A stretch of DNA of 64,000 nucleotides from an uncultured Chlamydiae bacterium (GTDB lineage Bacteria > Chlamydiota > Chlamydiia > Chlamydiales > 2-12-FULL-49-11), in NCBI GenBank assembly GCA_937996705.1, contig CALKUQ010000020.1, positions 52,476 through 116,475 of the forward strand. Direction: 5' to 3'. The first letter of the stretch is position 1; each line of letters begins with the position of its first letter. The notes beneath the pieces were generated by a model. The model saw nothing but the letters and a program-made list of their open reading frames with translations, made no database searches and was not told the DNA's origin. Both the position numbers and the translations under genes were made by a program. Shown here piece after piece: positions 48,740 to 58,582 of the stretch.

Positions 48740-49236
48740 ACCTGTTTCCTCTTCTCTAATACTTCTTTTTTGTTCTGTAAAAGGGCAAGTGCTTTAAATG
48801 TAGCTCGCACTTGATTACATGCATTATTTCCACGTAAGTTTTTGGCAACAACATCTTTTACGCCAACCATCTCTAGTACCGCTCTCACATGAGAACCTGC
48901 AATTACACCTGTACCATCGGGAGCAGTCTTAATAAGAACTCTCGCTCCACCATAAGTTGCTTCAACATCATGAGGAATTGTAGCCCCATCTAATTCAATT
49001 GCAACAAGATTCTTAGTTGCATCACCAACTGCTTTTCGAATCGAATCTGTCACTTCATTTGCTTTTCCAAATCCCATGCCTACTCGTCCATGTCCATCAC
49101 CAACAATGACAAGAGCTGAAAAACTAAATCTTCTTCCCCCTTTCACTACTTTGGCGCAACGGTTAATGAAAAGAACCTTTTCTTGAACATCACTTTTCGG
49201 AGCACTTTCTTTAGATCTTGATTTTTTTTCGGTCAT
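48736..49236 (-). CDS. rpsE: 30S ribosomal protein S5
   Basis: VVKGGRRFSFSALVIVGDGHGRVGMGFGKA. Confidence 0.95.
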   Translation of the reverse strand: MTEKKSRSKESAPKSDVQEKVLFINRCAKVVKGGRRFSFSALVIVGDGHGRVGMGFGKANEVTDSIRKAVGDATKNLVAIELDGATIPHDVEATYGGARVLIKTAPDGTGVIAGSHVRAVLEMVGVKDVVAKNLRGNNACNQVRATFKALALLQNKKEVLEKRKQV

Positions 49237-49247
49237 GACATCCTTCT

Positions 49248-49607
49248 TTAAAATAATAATCCACCTTCACGGGCACCATCTGCAAGCGCAGCTAATCTGC
49301 CATGATATTTATATCTTCCTCGATCAAAAACGACCTTGTCGATTTGCTTTTCTTTAGCAACTTTTGCAAGCTCTAAGCCTACCTGTTTTGCTAGTTCTTT
49401 GCGATCTTTAATATTATGAAATCTTTTTTCATAACTTCCGACCCCAACAAGTGTTACATGTCCCTGATCATTAATAATCTGAGCGCTGATATGACGAGCA
49501 GAACGAAAAACTGAAAGACGAAGAGTCTCACATTTTTTGATAGGGTTTCTTACCCTCATCGATCTTCTTTCTCGTTTTATCTTAGTTTTTTTACCTTCGT
49601 TTATCAT
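49248..49607 (-). CDS. rplR: 50S ribosomal protein L18
   Basis: LSVFRSARHISAQIIND... Confidence 0.95.
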   Translation of the reverse strand: MINEGKKTKIKRERRSMRVRNPIKKCETLRLSVFRSARHISAQIINDQGHVTLVGVGSYEKRFHNIKDRKELAKQVGLELAKVAKEKQIDKVVFDRGRYKYHGRLAALADGAREGGLLF

Positions 49608-49617
49608 TTTCTATCCC

Positions 49618-50154
49618 CTACTTTGCCGTTTTTCCTGCTTTACGTCTTACAATTTCGCCCACGTAACGAATCCCTTTTCCTTTGTAAGGCTCAGGCGGCT
49701 TAACAGCTCTAATGCTTGCTGCGAACTGACCTACAACTTGCTTGTCAATTCCATTAATAATAATAACGTTGTTTTTCTCAATTTGAACCTGAACTCCGTG
49801 CGGAATTGGTAACTGGCTTGGATGAGAAAATCCAACACTTAAATCTAAACTGTGACCTTTAACGGCTGCTCTAAATCCCACACCAACTAACTCAAGTCTT
49901 CTTTCAAATCCTTTAAGCACACCTTCTACAGCATTAATCACTCGAGTACGATCAAGTCCCAAAAATGGCAACTTCTCTAATTTAGGTCCAGCTGCTACAA
50001 AAGCCTCTGCACCTTGGATTGAGAGAAGGACTCCAGGGGTTAATTTTACATTAAGTTCCCCTTTTGGGCCCTTTACATGTACATTCTCGTCACCTACCAA
50101 CTTTACTTCGACGTTTTTAGGTATCTCGATCGGTTTTTTTGCTTGCTTTGACAT
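49618..50154 (-). CDS. rplF: 50S ribosomal protein L6
   Basis: SKQAKKPIEIPKNVEVKL...GKGIRYVGE. Confidence 0.95.
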   Translation of the reverse strand: MSKQAKKPIEIPKNVEVKLVGDENVHVKGPKGELNVKLTPGVLLSIQGAEAFVAAGPKLEKLPFLGLDRTRVINAVEGVLKGFERRLELVGVGFRAAVKGHSLDLSVGFSHPSQLPIPHGVQVQIEKNNVIIINGIDKQVVGQFAASIRAVKPPEPYKGKGIRYVGEIVRRKAGKTAK

Positions 50155-50185
50155 TTTTCAACTCCTTTTCCTAAGACCCTAATTC

Positions 50186-50575
50186 TTACCAAATACTACA
50201 AATAAGCTCTCCGCCAACTTTCTCTTGTCTTGCGGATTTACCACTCATTACACCTTTCGACGTCGAAACTACAGCAAGTCCAAGTCCGTTTCGAACTACA
50301 GGAACTTCCTGCCATCCGATATAAACTCTACGACCAGGCTTTGATTCTCTTTTTAAACCATTAATCAAAGAAAACTTGTTTTGGTGGTATTTTAAAAATA
50401 CGCGGGTCTCTCTCTGATTTTCATTCTTAACAAAGTCGAGAACAAATCCAGATTCTTTCAACAATGAAAGAATCGAATTACAATGCTTACTAGAACTAAC
50501 ATCTACATATCGATGTTTTCGCATAATGGCATTTCGAATTCTCGTTAGCATGTCAGCTATAGGATCATTAAACAT
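50186..50575 (-). CDS. rpsH: 30S ribosomal protein S8
   Basis: DPIADMLTRIRNA. Confidence 0.95.
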   Translation of the reverse strand: MFNDPIADMLTRIRNAIMRKHRYVDVSSSKHCNSILSLLKESGFVLDFVKNENQRETRVFLKYHQNKFSLINGLKRESKPGRRVYIGWQEVPVVRNGLGLAVVSTSKGVMSGKSARQEKVGGELICSIW

Positions 50576-50596
50576 TGTATTAACCTCTTACCTTAT

Positions 50597-51142
50597 TTAT
50601 TTGGATTTTAAGGGCATGCCCATTAATCTTAATAATTCTAAACACTCTTCATCTGTCTGTGCAGATGTAACAAAAGTAATATTCATACCTTGAGAACATT
50701 TAACTTTGTCTAAGTCAATTTCCGGGAAAATCGTCTGATCTTTAATACCTAAAGAATAACAACCTTGTCCATCAGCTTTCTTTTTGAAACCTCTAAAGTC
50801 AGGAATCTTTGGAGCACAAATATGCTCAAATCTGTACATAAAATCATACATTCTATGTCCACGAAGAGTAACTTTTGCACCAATTACTTGACCTTCTCTT
50901 AGTTTAAAATTAGAAATAGCTTTTTTGGATTTTGTTGCCACTGGCTTTTGAGAAGACAGTTTTTTCAAATCTTCCAAGCAATACTCAATTAAATGCTTGT
51001 CTTTACTTGCCTCAGCAAGTCCCATGCTAATTACAATTTTACGTAATCTAGGAATCTGCATAGGGTTTTTATAAGCAAACTTCTCTTGCAATTGCCCCTT
51101 GACTTGTTCCAGATAATGTACTTCTAATCGTGATTTTTTCAT
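50597..51142 (-). CDS. rplE: 50S ribosomal protein L5
   Basis: Operon position and the translation ([16 protein letters not shown]). Confidence 0.95.
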   Translation of the reverse strand: MKKSRLEVHYLEQVKGQLQEKFAYKNPMQIPRLRKIVISMGLAEASKDKHLIEYCLEDLKKLSSQKPVATKSKKAISNFKLREGQVIGAKVTLRGHRMYDFMYRFEHICAPKIPDFRGFKKKADGQGCYSLGIKDQTIFPEIDLDKVKCSQGMNITFVTSAQTDEECLELLRLMGMPLKSK

Positions 51143-51164
51143 AAATAAACTTGCCTATCTTTTT

Positions 51165-51488
51165 CTAAACTTTTCGAACAAAATGTTCTTCGTTATTTTC
51201 AGTTCTGTAAAAAATCTCTTTTTTATTTTCAGCATTGAATCTAGCTCTCAACTTCACAGGTTTCCCTTGTGCTGCATATTGAACATTAGAAACATGAATG
51301 GGAGCTTCAAAACTTACAATAGCCCCTTTCTTGCCTTCGCCCTGTGGTTTTTGGTGTTTTTTTCTCATATTAACACCTTGAACTACGAGCCTATCCCCGC
51401 TTATTGAGAGGATTTTTCCTTCTTTACCCTTATCGTTTCCTGCAGTTACAATCACAGGATCGTTCTCTCTTAATCTCGTTTTACCCAT
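51165..51488 (-). CDS. rplX: 50S ribosomal protein L24
   Basis: KOW motif NDPVIVTAGNDKGKEGKIL. Confidence 0.95.
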   Translation of the reverse strand: MGKTRLRENDPVIVTAGNDKGKEGKILSISGDRLVVQGVNMRKKHQKPQGEGKKGAIVSFEAPIHVSNVQYAAQGKPVKLRARFNAENKKEIFYRTENNEEHFVRKV

Positions 51489-51500
51489 ATTCCTCTCACT

Positions 51501-51872
51501 CTAAATAACCTCTGGAGCTAATGAAACAATTTTCATAAAGCCTTTTTCTCTAAGTTCCCTAGCAACTGGGCCAAATATCCTAGTCCCTTTTGGGTTCTCC
51601 AACTTGTCATCAAGAATCACGCAACTATTTACGTAAAACCTGAGATATGAACCGTCTGCTCTTTTTATAGGTTTTTTAACCCGAACAATAACAGCTTTAA
51701 CTACTTCACCCTTTTTTACTGATGATTTAGGCGTGGACTCCTTGACTGAACAAACTATTATGTCACCAATAGATGCATAACGTCTTTTGCTCCCTCCGAG
51801 GACCTTAATACATTTCACCTTCTTTGCGCCTGTATTATCAGCAACTTCTAAACATGCTTCTTGTTGAATCAT
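51501..51872 (-). CDS. rplN: 50S ribosomal protein L14
   Basis: [18 protein letters not shown]. Confidence 0.95.
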   Translation of the reverse strand: MIQQEACLEVADNTGAKKVKCIKVLGGSKRRYASIGDIIVCSVKESTPKSSVKKGEVVKAVIVRVKKPIKRADGSYLRFYVNSCVILDDKLENPKGTRIFGPVARELREKGFMKIVSLAPEVI

Positions 51873-51894
51873 TTTATTCGTCTCGATCTATTGT

Positions 51895-52128
51895 TTAACT
51901 TGCTAAAACGCGCCATCTTTTCAATTTTGAAAGCGGCCTTGTTTCTAATATGGTTACTTCATCGCCAATCTTCAGATTATTTTCATCTGTATGTGCGTAG
52001 TACTTCTTCTTTAATTTTACGACTTTTCCATACTTCGGATGAATTGTCGTACGAATCGCCGTTACAACAACAGTCTTATCCATTTTATTTGAGGTAACAA
52101 CACCTTTCACTTCTTTTCGGTTGTGCAC
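51895..52128 (-). CDS. rpsQ: 30S ribosomal protein S17
   Basis: [15 protein letters not shown]...HPKYGK. Confidence 0.95.
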   Translation of the reverse strand: MHNRKEVKGVVTSNKMDKTVVVTAIRTTIHPKYGKVVKLKKKYYAHTDENNLKIGDEVTILETRPLSKLKRWRVLAS

Positions 52129-52129
52129 T

Positions 52130-52327
52130 TTACCCTCCGGCCTGTTTTTGAATAATTAGAGTATAAGCCCTAGCTATTTGTTTTTTCAATTTTGGAAAAA
52201 TGTGAGGCGTCTTAGCCTTTTTATTCCTGTTTGCTATAACTCTTTCTTTCAAAAGCTCACCCTTCCAACCAGCTATCTGATTTTCCAATTGCTTTTGATC
52301 TAATCCACGCATTTCTTCTAATTTCAT
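52130..52327 (-). CDS. rpmC: 50S ribosomal protein L29
   Basis: 65 aa, between rplP and rpsQ. ELLKERV pattern. Confidence 0.9.
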   Translation of the reverse strand: MKLEEMRGLDQKQLENQIAGWKGELLKERVIANRNKKAKTPHIFPKLKKQIARAYTLIIQKQAGG

Positions 52328-52341
52328 ATGTCTCTCTCTTT

Positions 52342-52767
52342 TTAGGATGCAACTGTTTCCAGGCGTTCAACAAAACGTGTCTTAATTCTCAGCTTTGCTG
52401 CCGCTAAACTAAGCGCTCTTTGAGCTTGCTCTCTAGTTACATTTCCTACTTCAAACAATATTCTGCCTGGTCTTATCACTACAGCGTAGTGGTCAACCGA
52501 ACCTTTTCCAGTACCCATCCTAGTTTCAGCAGGTTTTTTTGTAATCGGTTTGTCTGGGAAAACTCTGATCCAAACTCTACCTTTTCTGCTAAAGTACCTA
52601 GTAATAGCGATCCTGCAAGCTTCCAATTCATTAGCCTTAATCCAACCTCTATCAAGAGATTGCATCCCAAAATCACCAAATGTTACAAAATTTCCCCTTT
52701 TACTAAGTCCAGCTCTAGTTCCCTTTTGCTGTTTTCGAAATTTTGTTCGTTTAGGCATTAGTGTCAT
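52342..52767 (-). CDS. rplP: 50S ribosomal protein L16
   Basis: [14 protein letters not shown]. Confidence 0.95.
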   Translation of the reverse strand: MTLMPKRTKFRKQQKGTRAGLSKRGNFVTFGDFGMQSLDRGWIKANELEACRIAITRYFSRKGRVWIRVFPDKPITKKPAETRMGTGKGSVDHYAVVIRPGRILFEVGNVTREQAQRALSLAAAKLRIKTRFVERLETVAS

Positions 52768-52787
52768 AATATACCTTCCTATCTACC

Positions 52788-53450
52788 TTAAGCTGTTGTT
52801 ACTGGTGCTGTTGCTTGCTGAGGTTGATAGTACTCACCTTTTGCAATCCAAACTTTAATTCCTATAGACCCGTAAGTAGTTTCTGCTCTTCCAGTGCTAT
52901 AATCAATATCATAACGAAGAGTTTGCAGAGGCACGCTTCCGTCTCTATACCACTCGGTTCTTGCAATCTCTGCTCCACCTAGTCTACCTGAACATTGAAC
53001 TTTAATTCCAAGCGCCCCAGCATCTTTAGCGTTCTGTATTGATTTTTTAAGAACTTTTCTAAAAGCAGCTCTTCTTTCTAATTGCATTGCAATTCCATCA
53101 GCAACGAGCTTTGCATTTAAATCAGGTCTTTTGATCTCTTCTACTTCAATCCAAACTTCTTTGCCTGTAAGCTTTTTTAATTCAGCTTTGAGCACGTCAA
53201 TCTCTGCACCTTTTTTCCCGATAACGAGACCTGGTCTTGCAGTATGGATTGTTATTTCAATTTTCTCTCCCATTCTCTTGATCGTAAATCCTGCGCTACC
53301 ATGGCAGCAAGCCTTAGGCTTCAAGTATTTACGAATTTGAACGTCTTCTAAAAGCATGTCACCAAAATCTTTTTTTGATGCAAACCAGTTTGACTGCCAA
53401 TTTTTTCTAACAACTAAACGAAAACCTCTTGGATGCGTCTTTTGTCCCAT
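52788..53450 (-). CDS. rpsC: 30S ribosomal protein S3
   Basis: MGQKTHPRGFRL. Confidence 0.95.
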   Translation of the reverse strand: MGQKTHPRGFRLVVRKNWQSNWFASKKDFGDMLLEDVQIRKYLKPKACCHGSAGFTIKRMGEKIEITIHTARPGLVIGKKGAEIDVLKAELKKLTGKEVWIEVEEIKRPDLNAKLVADGIAMQLERRAAFRKVLKKSIQNAKDAGALGIKVQCSGRLGGAEIARTEWYRDGSVPLQTLRYDIDYSTGRAETTYGSIGIKVWIAKGEYYQPQQATAPVTTA

Positions 53451-53452
53451 AC

Positions 53453-53821
53453 CTATTTCTTCCCTTGTTTCTTGTTAGAAAGTAAATCAACACCTACAAA
53501 AAGATGACTTGTTCTTCGTAAAATTGGAGATCTTCTCCCTTTACTTCTTGACCAAGCTCTTTTAAAATCAGATCCCTTATCAACTTTTGCTTCAGATACG
53601 TAAAGATCTTCTCTTTTCACTTCCATGTTATTTTCAGCATTGGCTACAGCACTTGCCAACGTCTTTAATAATAAACGTCCACCTTTTATCTTGGAGTATG
53701 TAAGTTGAAGCGTGGCTTCAGCTATAGTTTTTCCTCTGATAAGATCTACAGCAAATCGAACTTTCGACGGCGGCACTCTTACGCTTTTTGTGATTGCTTT
53801 TGCAATTGACATTCTAACCAC
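53453..53821 (-). CDS. rplV: 50S ribosomal protein L22
   Basis: Operon position and the translation (KVRFAVDLIRGKTIAEA). Confidence 0.95.
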   Translation of the reverse strand: MVRMSIAKAITKSVRVPPSKVRFAVDLIRGKTIAEATLQLTYSKIKGGRLLLKTLASAVANAENNMEVKREDLYVSEAKVDKGSDFKRAWSRSKGRRSPILRRTSHLFVGVDLLSNKKQGKK

Positions 53822-53830
53822 GTTCCTTTT

Positions 53831-54109
53831 TTATTTCTTTCCTGACGAAGATGTTGACCCAGGTTTTCTATACGTTCTTGTAATAGAAAACTCACCTAAC
53901 TTGTGTCCAACCATGTTTTCAGTAACAACAACAAGAATAAATTTTTTTCCGTTATGCACTTCAAAATTCATTCCGATCATCTCAGGCACTATCATTGATC
54001 TTCTAGACCAAGTCTTAATAGGAGCTCTTAGCCCTTCTTTTTTCGCTTTCTCCACTTTTTTAGTAAGGTGTGGAGCTACAAATGGACCTTTGCGTAATGA
54101 TCTTCCCAT
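53831..54109 (-). CDS. rpsS: 30S ribosomal protein S19
   Basis: [11 protein letters not shown]. Confidence 0.95.
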   Translation of the reverse strand: MGRSLRKGPFVAPHLTKKVEKAKKEGLRAPIKTWSRRSMIVPEMIGMNFEVHNGKKFILVVVTENMVGHKLGEFSITRTYRKPGSTSSSGKK

Positions 54110-54114
54110 AAGTC

Positions 54115-54942
54115 TTATTTCTTCCTTCGATCTTTAACAATCAATCTTGTGCTTTTCTTCTTCGTACGAGTTTTAAACCCTTTTGATAGAACAGATGTTC
54201 TAGATTGAGGAATGTTTCCTTTTCCTCGTCCCTCACCACCACCCATAGGGTGATCGACAGGGTTCATATGAACAGGTCTTACTCTAGGTCTATTTCCCAT
54301 CCAACGAGCTCTACCAGCTTTTCCAAGCATTCTTAAGTTATTTTCTGAGTTTGAAAGAATTCCAAGAGTTGCTCTGCAATTCTCAGGAACCATTCTAACT
54401 TCACCAGAAGGCATTTTTAAAGTAACATATCCGCCACTTCTTGCCATAATTTGAGCCGCTAAACCAGCGCTTCTCACCATTTGTCCACCTCTACCAGGAT
54501 AGAGTTCAATGTTATGAACATCTAGACCAATAGGAATATTTACTAACGGCAAGCAGTTTCCTGTTTTCAATGGAGCTTTAGGTCCTGAAAAAACAGTATC
54601 ACCAATTTTTAAGCCTTTAGGGGCTAAAATGTATCTTTTCTCACCATCTTTATAGGAGAGGAGAGCAATATGCGATGTTCGGTTCGGATCGTACTCAATC
54701 GTATCAACTTTCGCAGGAATTTCATCTTTAAGTCTTTTAAAATCTATTTCACGATAACGTTTTTTATGACCGCCACCACGATGGTATGAAGTTAAGTGAC
54801 CTTGATTATTCCTACCACTAGAGCGATTCTTCTGTGACAATAACGACTTAAGAGGCTTGTTTTTTTTAGATACTAGATCTTCTCTTTCAAGCTGAACTAA
54901 TCCTCTTCTGCCGGGTGTTGTAGGTTTTACTGTTTTAACCAT
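54115..54942 (-). CDS. rplB: 50S ribosomal protein L2
   Basis: GGGHKKRYR...PMGGGEGR. Confidence 0.95.
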   Translation of the reverse strand: MVKTVKPTTPGRRGLVQLEREDLVSKKNKPLKSLLSQKNRSSGRNNQGHLTSYHRGGGHKKRYREIDFKRLKDEIPAKVDTIEYDPNRTSHIALLSYKDGEKRYILAPKGLKIGDTVFSGPKAPLKTGNCLPLVNIPIGLDVHNIELYPGRGGQMVRSAGLAAQIMARSGGYVTLKMPSGEVRMVPENCRATLGILSNSENNLRMLGKAGRARWMGNRPRVRPVHMNPVDHPMGGGEGRGKGNIPQSRTSVLSKGFKTRTKKKSTRLIVKDRRKK

Positions 54943-54956
54943 TGTTCCTCTAAAAT

Positions 54957-55298
54957 TTAATCTTCAAAATTAATTCGATCGCCTTCTCTCAAAGTAACAA
55001 TCGCTTTTTTCAATTGAGCTACACTACCTTGCTTCGCACTTCCGCGAACTCGTTTTTTCTTGCGAGGAAGAGTAATTGTGTTCACTTTAATCACTTTACA
55101 GCTCTGAGCAGCATACGCCTCTTCAACAGCAACTTTAATTTGTTGCTTATTTGCATCAGGATGAACCAAAAAAACATACTTCGCTGTATTACAACGAGCA
55201 ATGCATGGATTAGACTTTGAATCAACAAGTCCCTGAAGCATTTCTGCTTTTTCTGTAACGTGCAGCGTCTTTAATACCATTTTGCTTGCAACTGCCAT
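54957..55298 (-). CDS. rplW: 50S ribosomal protein L23
   Basis: Operon position between rplD and rpl[16 protein letters not shown]. Confidence 0.9.
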   Translation of the reverse strand: MAVASKMVLKTLHVTEKAEMLQGLVDSKSNPCIARCNTAKYVFLVHPDANKQQIKVAVEEAYAAQSCKVIKVNTITLPRKKKRVRGSAKQGSVAQLKKAIVTLREGDRINFED

Positions 55299-55299
55299 C

Positions 55300-55959
55300 T
55301 TATCCTCTCAAAATTCTTTTCAATTCTTCAACAGCCGAAGCCATTACAACAAGTTTCTTATTAACTAAAACATCATAGCCACTTACGTTTTGTAAACGCA
55401 TTGAGCTAGCTTTTTGAATGTTTCTCATGCTCAAACGGAAGTGCCAGAAAGCTGGTGTCACTTGTTCGTCTGCAAACAGATAAACCACTCTTTTTCCATC
55501 TACTTCAATTTGTTTCAAAAACTGGCTTATTGCTTTAGTTTTTGGCTTTTCAAAATGAGTCTCAACGTCTCCATCTAATATGATAAGCTCGTTTTTTTGC
55601 ATTTTTTGAACAAGGAGAGTTCTGATCGCTGCTTGTCTCTCTTTTCTGTTAATTCTAACGTGCTGATCAAATTTCGGCTTAGGACTATGAACTCTTCCTC
55701 CACCTTTAAATTGAGGAGCTCCAAGAAATCCTTGTCTTGCTCTACCAGTACCTTTTTGAGGATGTGGCTTTGCACCTGAGTGATTAGACTCATGTCTGCC
55801 TTTAGTGTTTGCTGACCATTGTCTAGCATTAGCTCTTAAAGCAACAATGTAGTCTTTGATTGATTGAGAATTTGCTGCAGGTAAATCTCCAAACTCGATT
55901 TCGATTTCCCCAGTCTCTTTTCCATTCAAATCGTATTTTTTACAGTTGGCTTTTATCAT
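55300..55959 (-). CDS. rplD: 50S ribosomal protein L4
   Basis: KPHPQKGTGRARQG. Confidence 0.95.
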   Translation of the reverse strand: MIKANCKKYDLNGKETGEIEIEFGDLPAANSQSIKDYIVALRANARQWSANTKGRHESNHSGAKPHPQKGTGRARQGFLGAPQFKGGGRVHSPKPKFDQHVRINRKERQAAIRTLLVQKMQKNELIILDGDVETHFEKPKTKAISQFLKQIEVDGKRVVYLFADEQVTPAFWHFRLSMRNIQKASSMRLQNVSGYDVLVNKKLVVMASAVEELKRILRG

Positions 55960-56615
55960 TGTTTACCCTTTTTTTTCATTGCCTTGCGTATATAGACAAG
56001 CCCACCATTAGCGCCTGGGATAGCTCCTGTAACAACAATTGCAGAAAGTTCAACATCTACTTTAATAACTCTTAGACGCTCAGTAGTCACTCTTTCATCG
56101 CCCATGTGACCTGCCATTCTCTGGCCTTTTCTTACCTGGCCTTTACCTCGAATGCAGCCGATAGAACCCATATGTCTTTCAACTGGACCCACCCCGTGAG
56201 AACCTGCAATACTGTTCTTATTGTGTCTTTTCATGACACCCTGATAACCTTTACCCTTGCTAGTTCCGCAAACATCGACAAGCTCATTTTCAAGAAAATA
56301 ATCAACACCAAACTCTTTTCCAAGCTCGAAGCCTTCTTCAAGTTTTGTCAATCTGCTTTCAACAGCATGCTTTCTAGGCTCAAGATTTTTCTTTGCAAAA
56401 TGCCCTAAGTCTGGCTTTTTTGCCCGATTCTTATCTGCAGAGTTCATTTTAATTGCGGCAAGTTGCAACGCAACATAACCATCGTTTTCGATAGTTTTAA
56501 TTTGAGAAATTATGTTCGGCTCAAGCTCGATCACTGTGCAGGGAATCGATTTATTCGATTTCTCATCAAACAAACGAGTCATGCCCCGCTTCTTTCCAAT
56601 CAACGTAAGAGACAT
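55956..56615 (-). CDS. rplC: 50S ribosomal protein L3
   Basis: LIGKKRGMTRLFDE...GKGYQGVMKRH. Confidence 0.95.
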   Translation of the reverse strand: MSLTLIGKKRGMTRLFDEKSNKSIPCTVIELEPNIISQIKTIENDGYVALQLAAIKMNSADKNRAKKPDLGHFAKKNLEPRKHAVESRLTKLEEGFELGKEFGVDYFLENELVDVCGTSKGKGYQGVMKRHNKNSIAGSHGVGPVERHMGSIGCIRGKGQVRKGQRMAGHMGDERVTTERLRVIKVDVELSAIVVTGAIPGANGGLVYIRKAMKKKGKQ

Positions 56616-56819
56616 ACTATATCCTTATTATAGCAGTTTCTCTTTACAATATGCGGCTACCTTCGGTATCTATCCACTTCTGTAAAGACTTTAAGAATCT
56701 TAACTCGCACTGCCCTTGCTTTTATTTTCTGTAAGCAGGCGAATGATTCATTGGGGGACAGCATATCAAAAGAGGAGATTTTTCAACAATAAAATCTTTC
56801 TGTTTTTAAGAAATATTCT

Positions 56820-56975
56820 TCAAGAAGCCTTTTTTTGACTCAAAACAAAGGTTTTGTAAACCTTTCCTTTAATTACCTGGCGCTTGACTCCACCTACAAC
56901 AAAGACCGCTACAATCGAAGAGAGTAAGATAAAAATAATCGCCCACTCCTGCAAAGCTAATTTTTTATTATCCAT
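56820..56975 (-). CDS. Possible small single-pass membrane protein (51 aa), not in the ORF track
   Basis: Hand translation gives MDNKKLALQEWAIIFILLSSIVAVFVVGGVKRQVIKGKVYKTFVLSQKKAS. It lies between the terminator at 57001-57026 and rplC. The RBS is weak. Confidence 0.25.
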   Translation of the reverse strand: MDNKKLALQEWAIIFILLSSIVAVFVVGGVKRQVIKGKVYKTFVLSQKKAS

Positions 56976-57000
56976 AAAATCAGCATAACCCTTTTAAATA

Positions 57001-57026
57001 AAAAAAAACGCACTATTTCGAGTGCG
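57001..57026 (-). terminator. Rho-independent terminator after the Inc-like gene
   Basis: The minus strand reads GCGCACT-CGAAAT-AGTGCG followed by T8, 47 nt after the stop at 57073. Confidence 0.55.
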
Positions 57027-57072
57027 CTTTTAATTTTTCTTAACTTTTTAAAAAATTTAATAGCAATTAAGC

Positions 57073-57837
57073 CTAAGCAAAACTCTTCCCGTTGAAAAAG
57101 GCCGCTTGCTGACGAGCAATTGCGTCTGTTTTAAACGAGTCGGCATAAATTGCCCCTATAACAGTAATCATATAGAGAGAACCAAGACCTGTCACAGCAA
57201 TCGGCGAAAGTGCAATACTAAAGAGAGTTCCGATAGCTAAAAAGCTAAAAAAGCCAAGACCGACGATTGCCTTTATTTGCGCTGCAAACTTCTCCTGGTT
57301 TAACTCTCTCTCCGCTCGTATCACCCATGGTTTTGCAGTATTTGAAGAATCTACGTTTGCTGCGATTTCGCGAGGCTTTGCCACAAACTGATAAAAGCAA
57401 TTCGATACAGCAGAGGCTACATCAAGAAGGCTCTTAGCCCCATTACACTTCTTAATTACACCTGCTGACAAGTTAATAATATTCATTTTCGCAAGGGTAG
57501 GCCCCACACTTGCAAGACCTGCAAAACCCTTTAGTGCGCTTGCATACGCTTTAGAGCCTCTTTGAGAACTAAACACAGCAGGCAATCCAGAAGCAAGCTC
57601 TGAAATAGTCTCAGGGAAAGCTCCTATAGCGCCCCCCACATAACGAGACTGAGAAGAAATCAGACTAGTTAACTGATTTGAAACAACGTACCCAACGACA
57701 TCAGATACAGTTGCAATCATACTAAAAAGACCTTTTGGATTTGTAAAAACCTTTAGCGTCGCACCTCTCCATCCAGATTCATCTGCAACAGCAACCATCT
57801 GCTGACCACTTCCGTCTAATTTGAAATTAACCGTCAT
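57073..57837 (-). CDS. Hypothetical membrane protein with an Inc-like bilobed hydrophobic domain
   Basis: The C-terminal segment AIVGLGFFSFLAIGTLFSIALSPIAVTGLGSLYMITVIGAIY forms two lobes. The gene lies between rplC and fmt. Confidence 0.5.
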   Translation of the reverse strand: MTVNFKLDGSGQQMVAVADESGWRGATLKVFTNPKGLFSMIATVSDVVGYVVSNQLTSLISSQSRYVGGAIGAFPETISELASGLPAVFSSQRGSKAYASALKGFAGLASVGPTLAKMNIINLSAGVIKKCNGAKSLLDVASAVSNCFYQFVAKPREIAANVDSSNTAKPWVIRAERELNQEKFAAQIKAIVGLGFFSFLAIGTLFSIALSPIAVTGLGSLYMITVIGAIYADSFKTDAIARQQAAFFNGKSFA

Positions 57838-57861
57838 AAAGAAACTCCTCTATTACTAAAT

Positions 57862-58506
57862 TTATATCACATTGTTTTCTATTGAATATCGTATCATTTC
57901 ACTCTTTTTAAAATGGGCAACCATCCCTGAACCAAAAGCGCTAAGAGCAACTGCCAAAAGAAGGGGAGGGGACAAATTCACACCTGCTGCACAGACCGCT
58001 ACTGCTCCCCCAAGAATTCCATTTTTTACCAACTCCCATTTGTGATGACTTTTCTTTAAATTACTAGCCGCTATTTTTTGATGAGATTCATCTCCCAAAA
58101 CTTGCGCTCGAACAACACTCAAATTTTCAAAAAATGCGAATCCGTAATAAGCTGCATCACAGATTGGAACAAAAGGGGAAATTCTCCCCCCAAGAGATTT
58201 TAACGAATTAGATAACCCAGGAGTTTCCAAAAAACACCCCACTGAAACCACTAAGCTACAAATTTTTTTAACTACAGCTTTCCATCCATCGCCAAGCGAT
58301 TCTGGAATAGTTATTATTTCTTGAATTGCGTACAAACCTGACAAAACAGAACTTGTCGTGTTTAAAGACTTCCCAAAAGCAGAAGCTGAATCAACCCAAA
58401 GACCCATGACTCTAAAAGGATTATTCACTATGAAATCGCCCAAGATAGACGAGTAATTGTCTGTTAAAGGTAAGTCATTTTTTGTAACAAGAGCTGCAGA
58501 AGACAT
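57862..58506 (-). CDS. Hypothetical membrane protein with an Inc-like bilobed hydrophobic domain
   Basis: C-terminal GILGGAVAVCAAGVNLSPPLLLAVALSAFGSGMVAHF. It sits 24 nt upstream of the previous gene on the same strand. Confidence 0.5.
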   Translation of the reverse strand: MSSAALVTKNDLPLTDNYSSILGDFIVNNPFRVMGLWVDSASAFGKSLNTTSSVLSGLYAIQEIITIPESLGDGWKAVVKKICSLVVSVGCFLETPGLSNSLKSLGGRISPFVPICDAAYYGFAFFENLSVVRAQVLGDESHQKIAASNLKKSHHKWELVKNGILGGAVAVCAAGVNLSPPLLLAVALSAFGSGMVAHFKKSEMIRYSIENNVI

Positions 58507-58582
58507 AGACCACTATCCTAAATGAATATTTTTCACAATTAAGATAGCATGAATTTGGTTTAATGTAAATGTAAAGAGGGCG

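Noticed and set aside
50576-50596. Absence of rpsN between rplE and rpsH, and of rpmD between rpsE and rplO (48736-48739), considered as deletions or pseudogenes
   Set aside because: The gaps are 21 nt and a 4-nt overlap, which leaves no room for gene remnants. The same reduced layout is, as I recall, normal for chlamydial genomes.
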